The notes beneath the pieces are model-generated. The model did no database searches. It saw only the letters and a list, made by a program, of their open reading frames with translations, and was not told where the DNA came from. A stretch of DNA of 64,000 nt, from NCBI GenBank assembly GCA_002269645.1, contig NIVC01000628.1:186001-250000 (forward strand). Reading direction: 5' to 3'. Below are positions 22,770 through 35,129 of the stretch, in pieces. Every line of letters starts with the position of its first letter. Position 1 is the first letter of the stretch. This stretch comes from Macrostomum lignano (Eukaryota). A program made the translations under genes and the position numbers.

Positions 22770-25755
22770 AATGTCAAACATATAAGAGCCAACATATCGA
22801 ACATAAAAGAGTTACCATGTCAAACATAAAAGAGCTACCATGTCAAACATTAAAGAGCTACCATGTCGAACATTAAAGAGCCACCATGTCAAACATTTAA
22901 GAGCCACCATGTCAAACATAAAAGAGCCACCATGTCAAACATAAAACAGCCACCATTTCGAACATTAAAGAGCCACCATTTCGAACATTAAAGAGCCACC
23001 ATTTTGAACATTAAAGAGCCACTATGTCAAACATTTAGGAGCCACCATGTCAAACATATATGTGACTTTATGTCAAATATTAAAGAGCCACCATGTCAAA
23101 CCTAAAAGAGCCACCATGTCGAACATAAAAGAGCCACAATGTCAAACATTAAAGAGCCACCATTTCAAACCTAAAGGAGCCACCATGTCGAACATTAAAG
23201 AGCCACCATGTCGAACATAAAAGAGCCACCATATCAAACATAAAAGAGTTACCATGTCAAACATTAAAGAGCCACCATGTCAAACATAAAAGAGACAACA
23301 TGTCAGACATTAAAAAGCCACCGTATCAAACATAAAAGAGTTACCATGTAGAACATTAAAAAGCCACCATTTCAAACCTAAAAGAGCCACCATGTCAAAC
23401 ATTAAAGAGCCACCTTGTCAAATATTAAAGAGCCACCATTTCAAACCTAAAAGAGCCACCATGTCAACATTAAGAAGCCACCATGTCAAACATTAAAAAG
23501 CCACAATGTCAAACATTAAAGAGCCACCATTTCAAACCTAAAGGAGCCACCATGTCGAACATACAAGAGCCTCCATGTCAAACATTAAAGAGTCACCATG
23601 TCAAACATTAAAGAGCCACCGTTTCAAACCTAAAAGAGCCACCATGTCGAACATTAAAAAGCCACCATGTCAAACATTAAAGAGCCACAATGTCAAACAT
23701 TAAAGAGCCACAATTTCAAACCTCAAGGAGCCACCATGTCGAACATTAAAGAGCCACCATGTGAAACATAAAAGAGCCACCATATCAAACATACATGTAA
23801 AAGAGTTACTATGTTAAAAATTAAAGAGCCACCATGTCGAACATTAAAGAGCCACCATGTCAAACATTAAAGAGCCACCATGTCAAATATAAAAGAGCCA
23901 CCATTTCGAAAATTAAGGAGCCACCATTTCGAAAATTAAAGAGCCACCATGTTAAACATTAAAGGGCCACCTTGTCAAATATTAAAGAGCCACCATTTCA
24001 AACCTAAAAGAGCGACCATGTCGAACATACAAGAGCCACCATGTCAAACATAAAGGAGCAGCCATGTAGAACATAAAACAGCCACCATTTCGAAAATTAA
24101 GGAGCCACCATTTCGAAAATTAAGGAGCCACCATGTCGAACATTAAAGAGCCACATTGTCAAATATTAAAGAGCCACAATGTCAAACATTAAAGAGCCAC
24201 CATTTCAAACCTAAAGGAGCCACCATGTCGAACATTAAAGAGCCACCATTTCGAACATAAAAGAGCCACCATATCAAACATAAAAGAGTTACCATGTTAA
24301 AAATTAAAGAGCCACCATGTCGAACAATAAAGAGCCACCATGTCAAACATAAAACAGACACCATTAAGAACATTAAAGAGCCACCATGTCGAACATTAAA
24401 GAGCCACCATGTCAAACATAAAACAGCCACCATTTCGAAAATTAAGGAGCCACCATTTCGAAATTTAAAGAGCCACCATGTTAAACATTAAAGGGCCACC
24501 TTGTCAAATATTAAAGAGCCACCATTTCAAACCTAAAAGAGCAACCATGTCGAACATACAAGAGCCACCATGTCGAACATAAAAGAGCAGCCATGTAGAA
24601 CATAAAAGAGCCACCATGTCGAACATAAAAGAGCCACCATGTCAAACATAAAAAAGCCAGCATGTCAAACATAAAAGAGCCAACATGAAGAACATTAAAG
24701 AGCCACCATGTCGACCATTAAAAGAGCCACCATGTCGAACATACAAGAGCCACCATGTCAAACATAAAAAAGCCACCATGTCAAACATTAAAGAGCCACC
24801 GTTTCAAACCTATAAGAGCCACCATGTCGAACATTAAAAAGCCACCATGTCAAACATTAAAGAGCCACAATGTTAAACATTAAAGAGCCACCATTTCAAA
24901 CCTAAAGGAGCCACTATGTCAAACATAAAAGAGCCACCATATCAAACATAAAAGAGTCACCATGTTAAAAATTAAAGAGCCACCATGTCGAACATTAAAG
25001 AGCCACCATGTCAAACAAAAAAAAGCCACCATTTCAAAAATTAAAGAGCCACCATGTCAAACATTAAAGAGCCACCATGTCGAACATTAAAGAGCCACCA
25101 TGTCAAACATAAAACAGCCACCATTTCAAAAATTAAAGAGCCACCATGTCAAACATTAAAGAGCCACCATGTCGAACATTAAAGAGCCACCATGTCGAAC
25201 ATAAAAGAGCCACCATATCAAACATAAAAGAGTTACCATGTTAAAAATTAAAGAGCCACCATGTCGAACAATAAAGAGCCACCATGTCAAACATAAAACA
25301 GACACCATTAAGAACATTAAAGAGCCACCATGTCGAACATTAAAGAGCCACCATGTCGAACATAAAAGAGCCACCATTTCGAAAATTAAGGAGCCACCAT
25401 TTCAAACCTAAAAGAGCCACCATGTCGAACATTAAAAAGCCACCATGTCGAACATTAAAGAGCCACCATGTCGAACATTAAAAAGCCAACATGTCGAACA
25501 TTAAAAAGCCAACATGTCAAACATAAAAGAGCCACCATGTCAAACCTAAAAAAGCCACCATGTCAAACATAGAAGAGCCACCATGTCAAACATAAAAGAG
25601 CCACCATGTCAAACATAAAAGAGCCACCATGTCAAACATAAAAGAGCCACCATGTCAAACATAAAAGAGCCACCATGTCAAACATAAAAGAGCCACCATG
25701 TCAAACATAGAAGAGCCACTATGTCAAACATAAAAGAGCCACCATGTCAAACATT
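22770..25755. repeat. 21-bp satellite (aaagagccaccatgtcaaaca[t/a]), ~140 diverged copies
   Basis: Direct inspection. Confidence 0.95.
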
Positions 25756-25864
25756 CAAGATATACAATTTCAAATGTAAAGGTATAAAGCGCCATGCCAA
25801 TTTAAAGGAGCCACTATAAAGCTAAGGAAATTGTCGCTCTAGCTACTTATTGTCTGGTGGATGG

Positions 25865-26300
25865 TTGCTATTTGGGGATGCTATCTATCTGGGGGATGCT
25901 TGCTATTTGGAGGATGCTTGCTTTCTGGGGGATGCTTGCTATCTGGGCGATGCTTGCAATTTGGGGGATGCTTGCTATCTGAGGGATGCTTGCTATCTGG
26001 TGGATGCTTGCTATCTGAGGGATGCTTGCTATCTGAGTGATGCTTGCTATTTGGGGTATGCTTGCTATCTGAGGGATGCTTGCTATCTGGGGAATGCTTG
26101 CTATCTGGGGAATGTTTGCTATCTGGGGAATGCTTGCTATCTGGGGAATGCTTGCTATCTGGGGGATGTTTGCTATCTGGGGGATGCTTGCTATCTGGGG
26201 GATGCTTGCTATCTGGGGGATGCTTGCTATCTGGGGGATGCTTGCTATTTGAGGGATGCTTGCTATCTGGGGAATGCTTGCTATCTGGGGGATGCTTGTG
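25865..26300. repeat. 18-bp tandem repeat (ggggatgcttgctatctg)
   Basis: Direct inspection. Confidence 0.92.
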
Positions 26301-27765
26301 GTCTTGGGAAGATTTCTTATTGCAATTCACTTCATTTGAGCAGTTTGTCTGTTGTCTTTGTGAAGGATTTTTTGGCTGTCTTTTTGTTACTTGTAAAGAA
26401 CAGAGATTCTATCCAGATGTCCCCCATCGGGGGGCGAAGATTGCTAGTTAGATACTATTTTTAAATAAATTTTCTACTTACGGAAACAAAGTTTATATAA
26501 AAAAAGGAAATTTGCTACAAAGAACATAGTGAGTATCAAAAACTTTTTCTTCACATTTCAAGAAACAAATAAACTAAAAGTCTACAAGAGTCACAAAATA
26601 AGAGCATTTAAAAGTTATTGGATATTTTAATTTAAATGTAGGCTATAGAGTGTAGGCCTGGCTATAGGCTAGGCTGTAGCCTCAACTAGTTGGTTTAATC
26701 AATATTCAAATTCAATTGTTCATGTTTAACTTTATATATTGTATATATATAGTGTATACATCTATATCTGACTTGTTGATATACTGTCAGTTTTTAATTG
26801 CACGCCAAGGTTACACACCAAGTAAAAAACTTGTACGCTGAAAATTTAGGCGTGGCTTAAGACCCCTATTTGCACGCCAACTTTGCATGCCAAAATTTTA
26901 GCGTGGCTTGTGCACGCGGGAAAATTCCCGCGTGCAGGCCACCTTCCTGAGTATGGCCTGACCCTAACCCTAACTATAACCCTAAAGCATTAACATTTCA
27001 GTAATTTTCCCAAGAGTCATTAGCCTATAGCACTATAGCATTATAGAAATTCCCTATAAGCCTTAGCATTGTAGGGATTCTCTTTGATTCTTGATAGATG
27101 CTTATTCTTTATCATATACTTTATTTATTGTTTTAAAAAGATAGAGTTAGCTTTTAGCTAAAAGATAATAATCATAATTATTATAGTCAACACAATAGTT
27201 CAAATGATCAATGGTTAAGTTAAATGTTATGGCTAAGCTGTTTTGCTAATTTATATAGCTTTGTGAATGCTAGAATATATTATATAAAACTGTGATTAAC
27301 AATTATGTTTAATTGTCCAATCAGATTGACCCCTTTTATAGTGGTTTTCATTGAATTTTAATTCTAGACAGGTATAAGACATGCTTTGTTTTTTATAACC
27401 TAAAAGTGTAATGTTTGACAACTCATACATATTTCAGCTTTGCAGATAAAAAAATCTTTGGTAATCTAATTAATGTTTATAAATAAGCAGTATTTAAAAA
27501 GGCTGTTTTTTCATGTACATTCTTTTACCTAACTACTTATCTCTATCCATTTCTTTTGCTTAATATTGTGCATTCAAAAAAGTTGGTTGTAATTTTTTAG
27601 TGCTATGTATAAAATTCTTCTAAGTCAAATCGTAAATCTTGGTGATTTATCATTCATAATATATTTAGCTAATTTTAGATCATATATAAAGTAACAATAC
27701 AGTATATATGAAGTATGCTTGTGCAGTTTTAACTCATTTATGTCTCATCGATCGAAAATTCACAG

Positions 27766-27879
27766 TTTCCCTCTGGTTACTATGGACACAACAGGGACAG
27801 CCATCGCAATGACATCTATACAGAATACCGCAGGCTTGCCAAGCCTCAGCCGCCTCGGGTGTTTCTCACCAGAATGAAG
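27766..27879 (+). CDS. CIMIP7: C3orf84/CIMIP7-like protein, exon 2
   Basis: cacag|FPSGYYGHNRDSHRNDIYTEYRRLAKPQPPRVFLTRMK|gtatat; matches the AKPQPPAVFLQR motif. Confidence 0.75.
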
Positions 27880-28124
27880 GTATATAAGCGTCTACTAATT
27901 GTGCTAATGCTTTATGGTTAATGTATGGTTTTATATTTCATCTCCAAAGATTTTTATTGACTAGCCTTGTAGTTGACTAGTTTGACATATATGCCGTCAA
28001 TAAAAGTTTCTGAATTAAAAAAATTTGAATAAAACTTCTATACTCCCGATTTCGAAATGGAAGCTGCAGTCTGGAGATTCTGCAAAGAAAGCTAGTGCAG
28101 ATTACAGTCTGCAAGCTGCAGATT

Positions 28125-28445
28125 CCAAATAAAAGCTACATGTTCCCACTTGGAAGCTACAGATTCCAAATAGGAAGCTATGGATTCCAGTCGGAAGCTA
28201 CATATTCCAAATAGAAAGCTACGGATTCCAGTCGGAAGCTACATATTCCAAATAGGAAGCTATGGATTCCAGTCAGAAGCTACATATTCCAAACGGGAAG
28301 CTACGTATTCCAAATAGGAAGCTACGGATTCCAGTCAGAAGCTACATATTCCAAAGCTTAAGATAATAATCATAAGCTATACGTATTCCAAACGGGAAGC
28401 TACATGTTCTAAATTGGAAGCTGCATATTCTAAATAGGAAGCTAT
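28125..28445. repeat. ~21-bp tandem repeat (ggaagctacatattccaaata)
   Basis: Direct inspection. Confidence 0.85.
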
Positions 28446-28509
28446 GTATTATAACCTATATTAATCTCTAGCGCATAAGTGAATGTCCATCCACAATTTT
28501 CGCTCACAG

Positions 28510-28587
28510 GACGATCCGGTGAGGCATATATTTTCCAAGCACGACAATCGCTACAGCTTTATCACAGACGCCACTTATTTGGATTTG
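28510..28587 (+). CDS. CIMIP7: C3orf84/CIMIP7-like protein, exon 3 (HDNR motif)
   Basis: cacag|DDPVRHIFSKHDNRYSFITDATYLDL|gtgagc; contains the FSKHDNR signature. Confidence 0.8.
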
Positions 28588-28911
28588 GTGAGCAAAACTC
28601 TCTTAAGAACAATTACGCTTGTACTAACAAATGAATGGCTGGGTTTTTTTCGTCTGGATGTTGAATTTCAGGGTCCAGGTCCAGTTTCTAATACTGTCGT
28701 GCTCTTAATGCCTGAAGTTTGACCTCCGATGTCAAAAATAAATTAGCTCCTTGATTTTTATCCTAGATAAGTGCCGTTTTTCTTTTACCGCGAGTCGGGA
28801 CTAGGGACTTAAACTTCTTTCCATTGCTAAATTCTGTGAGTCAGAAGCTCAGATCAGTGCGAATAAAAGACAACCAATGATTCTATTGTTTTCGGAACTC
28901 AATTCTTCAAG

Positions 28912-29138
28912 GGCGTCGGCAAGAAGCGGAAAGTGCCCGAGTCCCGTTGCAACCGCGTCACGGACGATCTCATCAGCTGGGCGCCGCAGATGCGCAATCT
29001 GAAGGAGGGCGCCGAGCCGGCCCTGTCAGCCTACAAGCAGGCCTTCACTGCTGGCCGGCAGCCCGCTCAGCTGCTGGTGTCCCGGCCAAAGACGTCGTTT
29101 GACGAGGACGCGCAGGTCCGGCAGACAACCAGCTATCG
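28912..29138 (+). CDS. CIMIP7: C3orf84/CIMIP7-like protein, exon 4
   Basis: ttcaag|GVGKKRK...WAP...SAYKQAF...TTSY, then CG|GTGAGC (phase 2). Confidence 0.75.
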
Positions 29139-29283
29139 GTGAGCGGAGCTCTGCCTCATCAATTCAACATGGTTGCCATGTAGACTAATGCCCCTGACGA
29201 TGATTGCGGCCATAATAAATCCAACTAAATAGGATTTACAAAGGTAGACTCAGGTATATTTTCCCAGCTCCATCAGCATACAC

Positions 29284-29437
29284 GCACAACCTTGGGAATC
29301 ACTCGGCCGTTTCTATTGGCAACACACACATGTAAGTCGCTATTGGCTGAGAGCAGTCACGTGACTACTATTCCGTCCAATAGCGACTTTCATGTGTGTG
29401 TTGCCAATAGAAACGGCTGGGTGAATCCAGGTTGCGC
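29284..29437. repeat. Intronic hairpin / mini-MITE with ~62-bp arms
   Basis: ccgtttctattggcaacacacacatgtaagtcgctattgg versus ccaatagcgactttcatgtgtgtgttgccaatagaaacgg. Confidence 0.8.
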
Positions 29438-29537
29438 CCAAGCATGTCCATCAGCACTAAAATTACGACAGGTAGATTATTGAATTTTTTTATCGCCGCA
29501 AACGATTATTATTACACCTCCGCCGTCTCTTAATTAG

Positions 29538-29880
29538 CTACGCCTTTGGCCCGGAGCTGTACAACCCCAACAAGACTGTCGTTGAGGCCATTGGCCGGCC
29601 TGCTGTGCTCGCCCGACCCTGCGCTGTGAAGCCGAAGCCGCCAGCGGTCGGAGTTTCGCGCGCTCGCACCGCATGCGACGGCCGGCTATCCGTAGCTGAC
29701 TGCCTCACCTGGCAGCCGCACGGTCCGGAGTCCGCCTGCGCCGGCCTGCCGCGACGCCTCGACGGTGTTGAAGCTCCGCTGGGCCGTAGTTTCAGCCGGT
29801 TCGGCCCGCTGGTGCCGGAGGCGACGCCGACCTGTCTGCCCGCCGCGGCTGACGCCTCCGCCGCCGCTGCCGCCGACTAG
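29538..29880 (+). CDS. CIMIP7: C3orf84/CIMIP7-like protein, exon 5 (last)
   Basis: taattag|C phase 2 fits exon 4; YAFGPELYNPN...SVADCLTW resembles the C-terminal VSECLNW; stop TAG at 29880. Confidence 0.65.
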
Positions 29881-31724
29881 ACTGGTTGATGGTTTCGCTC
29901 GCTTTTCACGATGCTCATTGCTATATTTTGTGATGTTTTCTAAGAATAAGAGAGATTATTGGATTATTACTTAACAAGCAATTCTTAACAAGCAAATCCT
30001 TGCTGGTTTGTCACAATTTATTGAAAAATATCTATTGGTAGCCTTAAACTACTAGTTTAGGTGGCAGTAGTATGTAAGTGAACACTTTTTTAAACCATAC
30101 TATCCTTATGAGTGTGTGTAACAGTAAGAAATTGTATATTCTAGTACTTGATTATGCTTTAATATTAAAATACTGATAGCGTAGCATAGCGCTCCTAGTT
30201 ATTAGGCAGTTCGTTGCATTAGAATCCCATGCTATAATAATATTTATTATTGATGTATATTTTTCTTTTATACGTAGTGTTAAGTAACCCTTTTAAAATT
30301 TAGGTTGCGAAATGAAAATTACAATAATCTATCTATGTTATGTAACGCCCACATAAAGTTGTAATTAGTATGAGCCGAAACCAAAATTTCTTGAAACTTT
30401 AGTGCATTATTGAATGCTTTTCTGTGGCAGAAACGGAACAATGGGTTGTGAAAATTTACTTTGCGATCCTTTTTAGAATCACTGTCAAATATGAAAGGTT
30501 CACAATTTTATTTCGTAGCTGACTTTCTGTGATACCAACAATTTTGCTTTCTTCAAGCCTTTGAAATTTGCCATGACTTTGATGATATTTCTTTTTTCTG
30601 GTTTGATGTTTGAACTTATTAAAAAGTTAATCATGCGCACTTTCATTTTAAAAGGAATATCAGTGGTACTAAGTGGGCTGAACATGACTCATATTATCGA
30701 TTTTAATCGACTACAGAATCCGATCAATGACCGAAAAATGTGGTGAGTGGCTGACTGGTATCGATTTTCTCTAGACACTTGACCCACAGTCACGCGACTC
30801 TTTCCTATCCCGCCTGCCCCCTCTGTCAAGTTCACTAGTATTAGACCAGTCCGAAAATGAGGCGGGCGATTGTTATCGATTTTCTAGCCGGCGCCCTCAA
30901 CCCCCACCCCACGCAACCCTTTTCCGGCCTACCCTCACTGCCTTGTTTATCAAGTTTACTAGAATTAGGCCAGACAGAAAACGAGGCGGGTGTCTGTTAT
31001 CGATTTTCTAGGTTTACTCTACTTTTCTACCCTAGCCACATCCATTTGATTTTGTCTGTTGCGGGATAGAAAGTTATTCTAAGCCTACCACCCTTAAACT
31101 ATCATTCGTTGGTTAATGTTTTCTAGTTTTTTTACCTTTTTTAGCTCCCGTTTTATTGTAGCACTGCTGATTATAAATAATATATTGTTACACGCAAAGG
31201 AAACTTTCTGCTACTTGTTTTGTAAAGCTTAATTTCTAAAAAGTATCTTTCAATCTGTTTTGAAAAGATCAAACTGTGCTCACAGATCTTCAATATTTTT
31301 TCTAGCAAATGTATTTGTACTCGGCACAAAAGATCTGTCCACTGCTGTTTTTTATATACTTCGTAATAATTAATTTGCTTTTGCCAGCTTTTGTTGCTTT
31401 GAATCGTGTTTTTTACCCTCCGTCCACGTGTCGATATTATTCCATGGAGCCTGTCTTGGTCGCCACTTCCCTAACCCCACTGCCACTTTTTTATCGTGCT
31501 TGTTGTTTCTGTTCTACGTCTACAATTTATTTGCCTTAGAGTTTTCCTATCGTTTACTAATAATCTCAATCTGTATCACCGCACTGCTGCCTTATCTATT
31601 TTGTTTATTATATTTTGCTACTACTTTTAACTAAAGTTGCTATAACTTTCCTTTTGTCTACTTTTATATCAGCCTTATGTGAGTTTCTAATTTTTTTGCG
31701 AATCAAGCATTTCAAGAGGCATGA

Positions 31725-31970
31725 GAAAGGATTTCCCATCGAAATGAGGCATAAAAAAGGCTTTCCCATAGAAATGAGGCATAAGAAAGGCTTTCCCATA
31801 GAAATGAGGCATAAGAAAGGATTTCCCATAGAAATGAGGCATAAAAAAGGCTTTCCCATAGAAATGAGGCATAAGAAAGGCTTTCCCATAGAAATGAGGC
31901 ATAAGAAAGGATTTCCCATAGAAATGAGGCATGAGAAAGGATTTCCCGTAGAAATGAGGCATAAGAATAG
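31725..31970. repeat. 30-bp tandem repeat x8 (gaaatgaggcataagaaaggctttcccata)
   Basis: Direct inspection. Confidence 0.92.
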
Positions 31971-32060
31971 ATTCACTCTAAGAAGTCAGACACGAGAACA
32001 AGCTTAACCCTAGAAGTCAGTCACAGCAGACCCAACCGCCCCCTGCCGCAGGTGTGGGCC

Positions 32061-32394
32061 ATGTCAAGAAGCGACTCGCCGCGGCCAGGCAGCGCGTTAG
32101 GCGGCGCGTCAAGCGTTTTAGCGGGCTCCGACACTGAGGGTTGGCTGGCGCGGACCCTGCAGCTGCTGGCCTCGAGCCGGCCCGACAGTGTTCAGCAGCT
32201 GCGCGAGCTCCTTGACCAGGCTATCGGTTCTGAGCAGGCGCCCGGCGGGTCAGCGGCGCAGCAGCAGCAGCAACACAGTGTCAGGAACAGCAATAATGGC
32301 CAAGTTGTTGGCGAACCGGAAAAGAAAAAGGCTAAGATGACTAATTCCGAGAGTCGTTTGCGGCTTATTGACGTTTTTAGTGGCGATGGCGGGG
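32061..32394 (+). CDS. INTS12: Integrator complex subunit 12, coding exon 1
   Basis: WLARTLQLLASSRPDSVQQLRELLDQAI resembles the INTS12 N-terminal motif [27 protein letters not shown]; donor G|GTAAGA. Confidence 0.75.
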
Positions 32395-32449
32395 GTAAGA
32401 TTCAAGACTGTTATTGATTTCTTTTATTTGTCCCGGATCAAGAGGTATG

Positions 32450-33250
32450 TTCTGATTGGTCCCGGATTGAGAGTTCGGTTCTGATTGGTCCCGGATTGAG
32501 AGTTCGGTTCTGATTGGTCCCGAACTGACAGTTCGGTTTTGATTGGTCCCGGATTGAGAGTTCGATTCTGATTGGTCCCGGATTGAGAGTTCGGTTCTGA
32601 TTGGTCCCGGATTTTGAGTTCGGTTCTGGTTGGTCCCGGATTGAGAGTTCGGTTCTGATTGGTCCCGGATTGAGAGTTCGGTTCTGATTGGTCCCGGATT
32701 GAGAGTTCGGTTCTGATTGGTCCCGGATTGAGAGTTCGGTTCTGATTGGTCCCGGATTGAGAGTTCGGTTCTGATTGGTCCCGGATTGAGAGTTCGGTTC
32801 TGATTGGTCCCGGATTGAGAGTTCGGTTCTGATTGGTCCCGGATTTAGAGTTCGGTTCTGGTTGGTCCCGGATTGAGAGTTCGGTTCTGATTGGTCCCTG
32901 ATTGAGAGTTCGGTTCTGATTGGTCCCGGATTGAGAGTTCGGTTCTGATTGGTCCCGGATTGAGAGTTCGGTTCTGATTGGTCCCGGATTGAGAGTTCGG
33001 TTCTGATTGGTCCCGGATTGAGAGTTCGGTTCTGATTGGTCCCGGATTGAGAGTTCGGTTCTGATTGGTCCCGGATTGAGAGTTCGGTTCTGATTGGTCC
33101 CGGATTTAGAGTTCGGTTCTGGTTGGTCCCGGATTGAGAGTTCGGTTCTGATTGGTCCCTGATTGAGAGTTCGGTTCTGATTGGTCCCGGATTGAGAGTT
33201 CGGTTCTGATTGGTCCCGGATTGAGAGTTCGGTTCTGATTGGTCCCTGAT
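32450..33250. repeat. 29-bp satellite in the INTS12 intron (ttctgattggtcccggattgagagttcgg)
   Basis: Period 29, ~27 copies. Confidence 0.95.
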
Positions 33251-33382
33251 TGACAGATAGATTTTGATTGGTACGAGGTGGATTTCGATTGGCCGATTAG
33301 AGGCAGTTGTGCTTAGATATATGATGAGGGAAGTCGCTACTCAATATCAATGTTTTGCTTTTGCCTGCCCTTCACTAACCAG

Positions 33383-33852
33383 CAGCGTCGGCAAGCGGCA
33401 GCCCGGACACCGGCAGCGGCTCTTTGTCCAAGTCGCGGTCCAGGCCGGAGCTGTCTAGCAGCGATCAGCTGTCCACTGCGCCGGCTTGGCAGTCCGACCC
33501 GGCGCACTGCTGCGTAAAGTGCCGCTCCAGCCGCGGTCAATTAGTGGACTGTTTCGACTGCAAAGACATGTACCACCTGGACTGTCACAATCCGCCAGTG
33601 TCTGAGAGTGAAGTCAGCGACCAGCGCAGCGTCTGGTACTGCCTGCGCTGCCGGCGAAAGGGCCGCCAATCTGCTGTAGCCGCCGATCTGCCCGTCAGGC
33701 CGCCGGCCGCCTCTTCGGGCGGATCGGCAGCTGCCGCAGCTGCCTCTTCAGCCGCAGCTAGCAGCGGCGGGCACAAGATCAAAGCGGCCGCCGCAGCCGC
33801 CGGGCCAGCCTCAGAGTTGGCGCCGGCTAAGAAGCGGCCAAAGCGAGACTGA
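33383..33852 (+). CDS. INTS12: INTS12 coding exon 2 (PHD finger)
   Basis: Branch-point-like CTAAC followed by a CAGCAG acceptor. CVKC...LVDCFDCKDMYHLDCHNPPVSESEVSDQRSVWYCLRC is an INTS12-type PHD finger. Confidence 0.85.
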
Positions 33853-34154
33853 CATGATACTGCTTTTAGAAATATTGGATTAGTTGCTGCTTTAGTGCAA
33901 TTTATGTACAATTCGTCTTTATAAGTGGGAACTCAGACAAAAGAAGATGCCGCCTCTAGACTGCTCTCTGTGTTGATGAAAGTTCAGCCTTTAAATTTAG
34001 CCGAGAGGAATAAAGATTGCAGGAAAATTTGAAAAACCCAAATCTAAAATAGTGCGTGTGCGTAGCGAGCAAGAAAAAGGGTTGGCATCTCAGGCCCAGC
34101 CAGGCCGATAAACAGTTAAGCTTTCCTCTCGCCCGCTTGAGTCTGAATTTTGAC

Positions 34155-34490
34155 CTCTCTCCTCACTGCTCTCTCATTGGCTGAGCTAGATTGGGTCTAG
34201 GCTTGACTTTCGTCGGTGTAACTTAGACCTCTCTCCTTGCTGCTCTCTCATTGGCTGAGCTAGATTGGGTCTAGGCTTGACTTTCGTCGGTGTAACTTAG
34301 ACCTCTCTCCTTGCTGCTCTCTCATTGACTGAGCTAGATTGGGTCTAGGCTTGACTTTCGTCGGTGTAACTTAGACCTCTCTCCTTGCTGCTCTCTCATT
34401 GGCTGAGCTAGATTGGGTCTAGGCTTGACTTTCGTCGGTGTAACTTAGACCTCCTTACTGCTCTCTCATTGGCTCAGCTACGAGCTAGAT
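34155..34490. repeat. 74-bp tandem repeat x~4.5
   Basis: cattg anchors at 34175, 34249, 34323, 34397 and 34467. Confidence 0.9.
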
Positions 34491-35129
34491 TGGTCCCTCT
34501 TTCGTTCACTTATGTGCATCGAGTTAAATGCTTGTTCATTCTTAACCCCATATGCTCCTGAGGCTGCAAACCCCGAATAAGGAAAGGAAAATTTAAATTC
34601 AGCTACAGCTGGAGGTGTGGGACTGACCCAGATGTGAATTTACTGATCTCTGTAACTGAAATCACTCATCTCTCCAGCCAATTAAAAAATTAGTTTAATT
34701 AAAGTATTGAATGGTTGAAAGTGGTTATCAAATATACATATAATTTGTACTATGATCGTATTATTGTTTTATTATGGTTTAGCATACTAACAACGCTTCA
34801 CTTGAAAATGCATTGTTTAACGATGTTTCGGCAAATTTTACCATAGACTATGGTAAGAAACGAGGTTTTATTCGAAAAAAACAGTAGAAACCATACTAGC
34901 GCTTAGCAATATTCGTTTACTAGATGGTATTGCAATAATAACCAGTTCAAATTGTTACTACAAGCACAGCATGTTCTTGATCTCTACGTCTCCCTGATTT
35001 GGAACGTGCAATTCTCGAATTTTCCATTGAAATTCAGGAACACCCTTGCATCAGTAGTAATCTGCACAATCTCGGAAGTGTCTGAATTAGCAGTCCTGGC
35101 TCCACCGCTAGCTTCTGTTGCAATCACGG

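Larger units (their letters stand above)
22170..26447 (+). mobile_element. Helitron-like element carrying two satellite arrays, in CIMIP7-like intron 1
   Basis: A|TCCTATATAC 5' end homologous to the 9.8-kb copy (ggctcaaccgatttt...cttgcaccattcgatcagaaatttt); CCCCCATCGGGGGG hairpin then CTAG|T at 26444-26447. Pairing of the two ends is inferred. Confidence 0.55.

Noticed and set aside
22770-25755. CRISPR-like look of the regular arrays (also 32450-33250 and 44250-44975)
   Set aside because: Units are contiguous with no unique spacers, there are no cas genes, and the context is eukaryotic.
25850-26464. LGDACY hexapeptide ORF resembling a left-handed beta-helix protein
   Set aside because: Direct consequence of an 18-bp tandem repeat within a Helitron-like element; no catalytic flanks.
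26955-26990. CCCTAA telomere-like repeats (also ~21950)
   Set aside because: Only 2-3 degenerate units, associated with a dispersed gcacgcc-rich element; not a telomere or fusion site.
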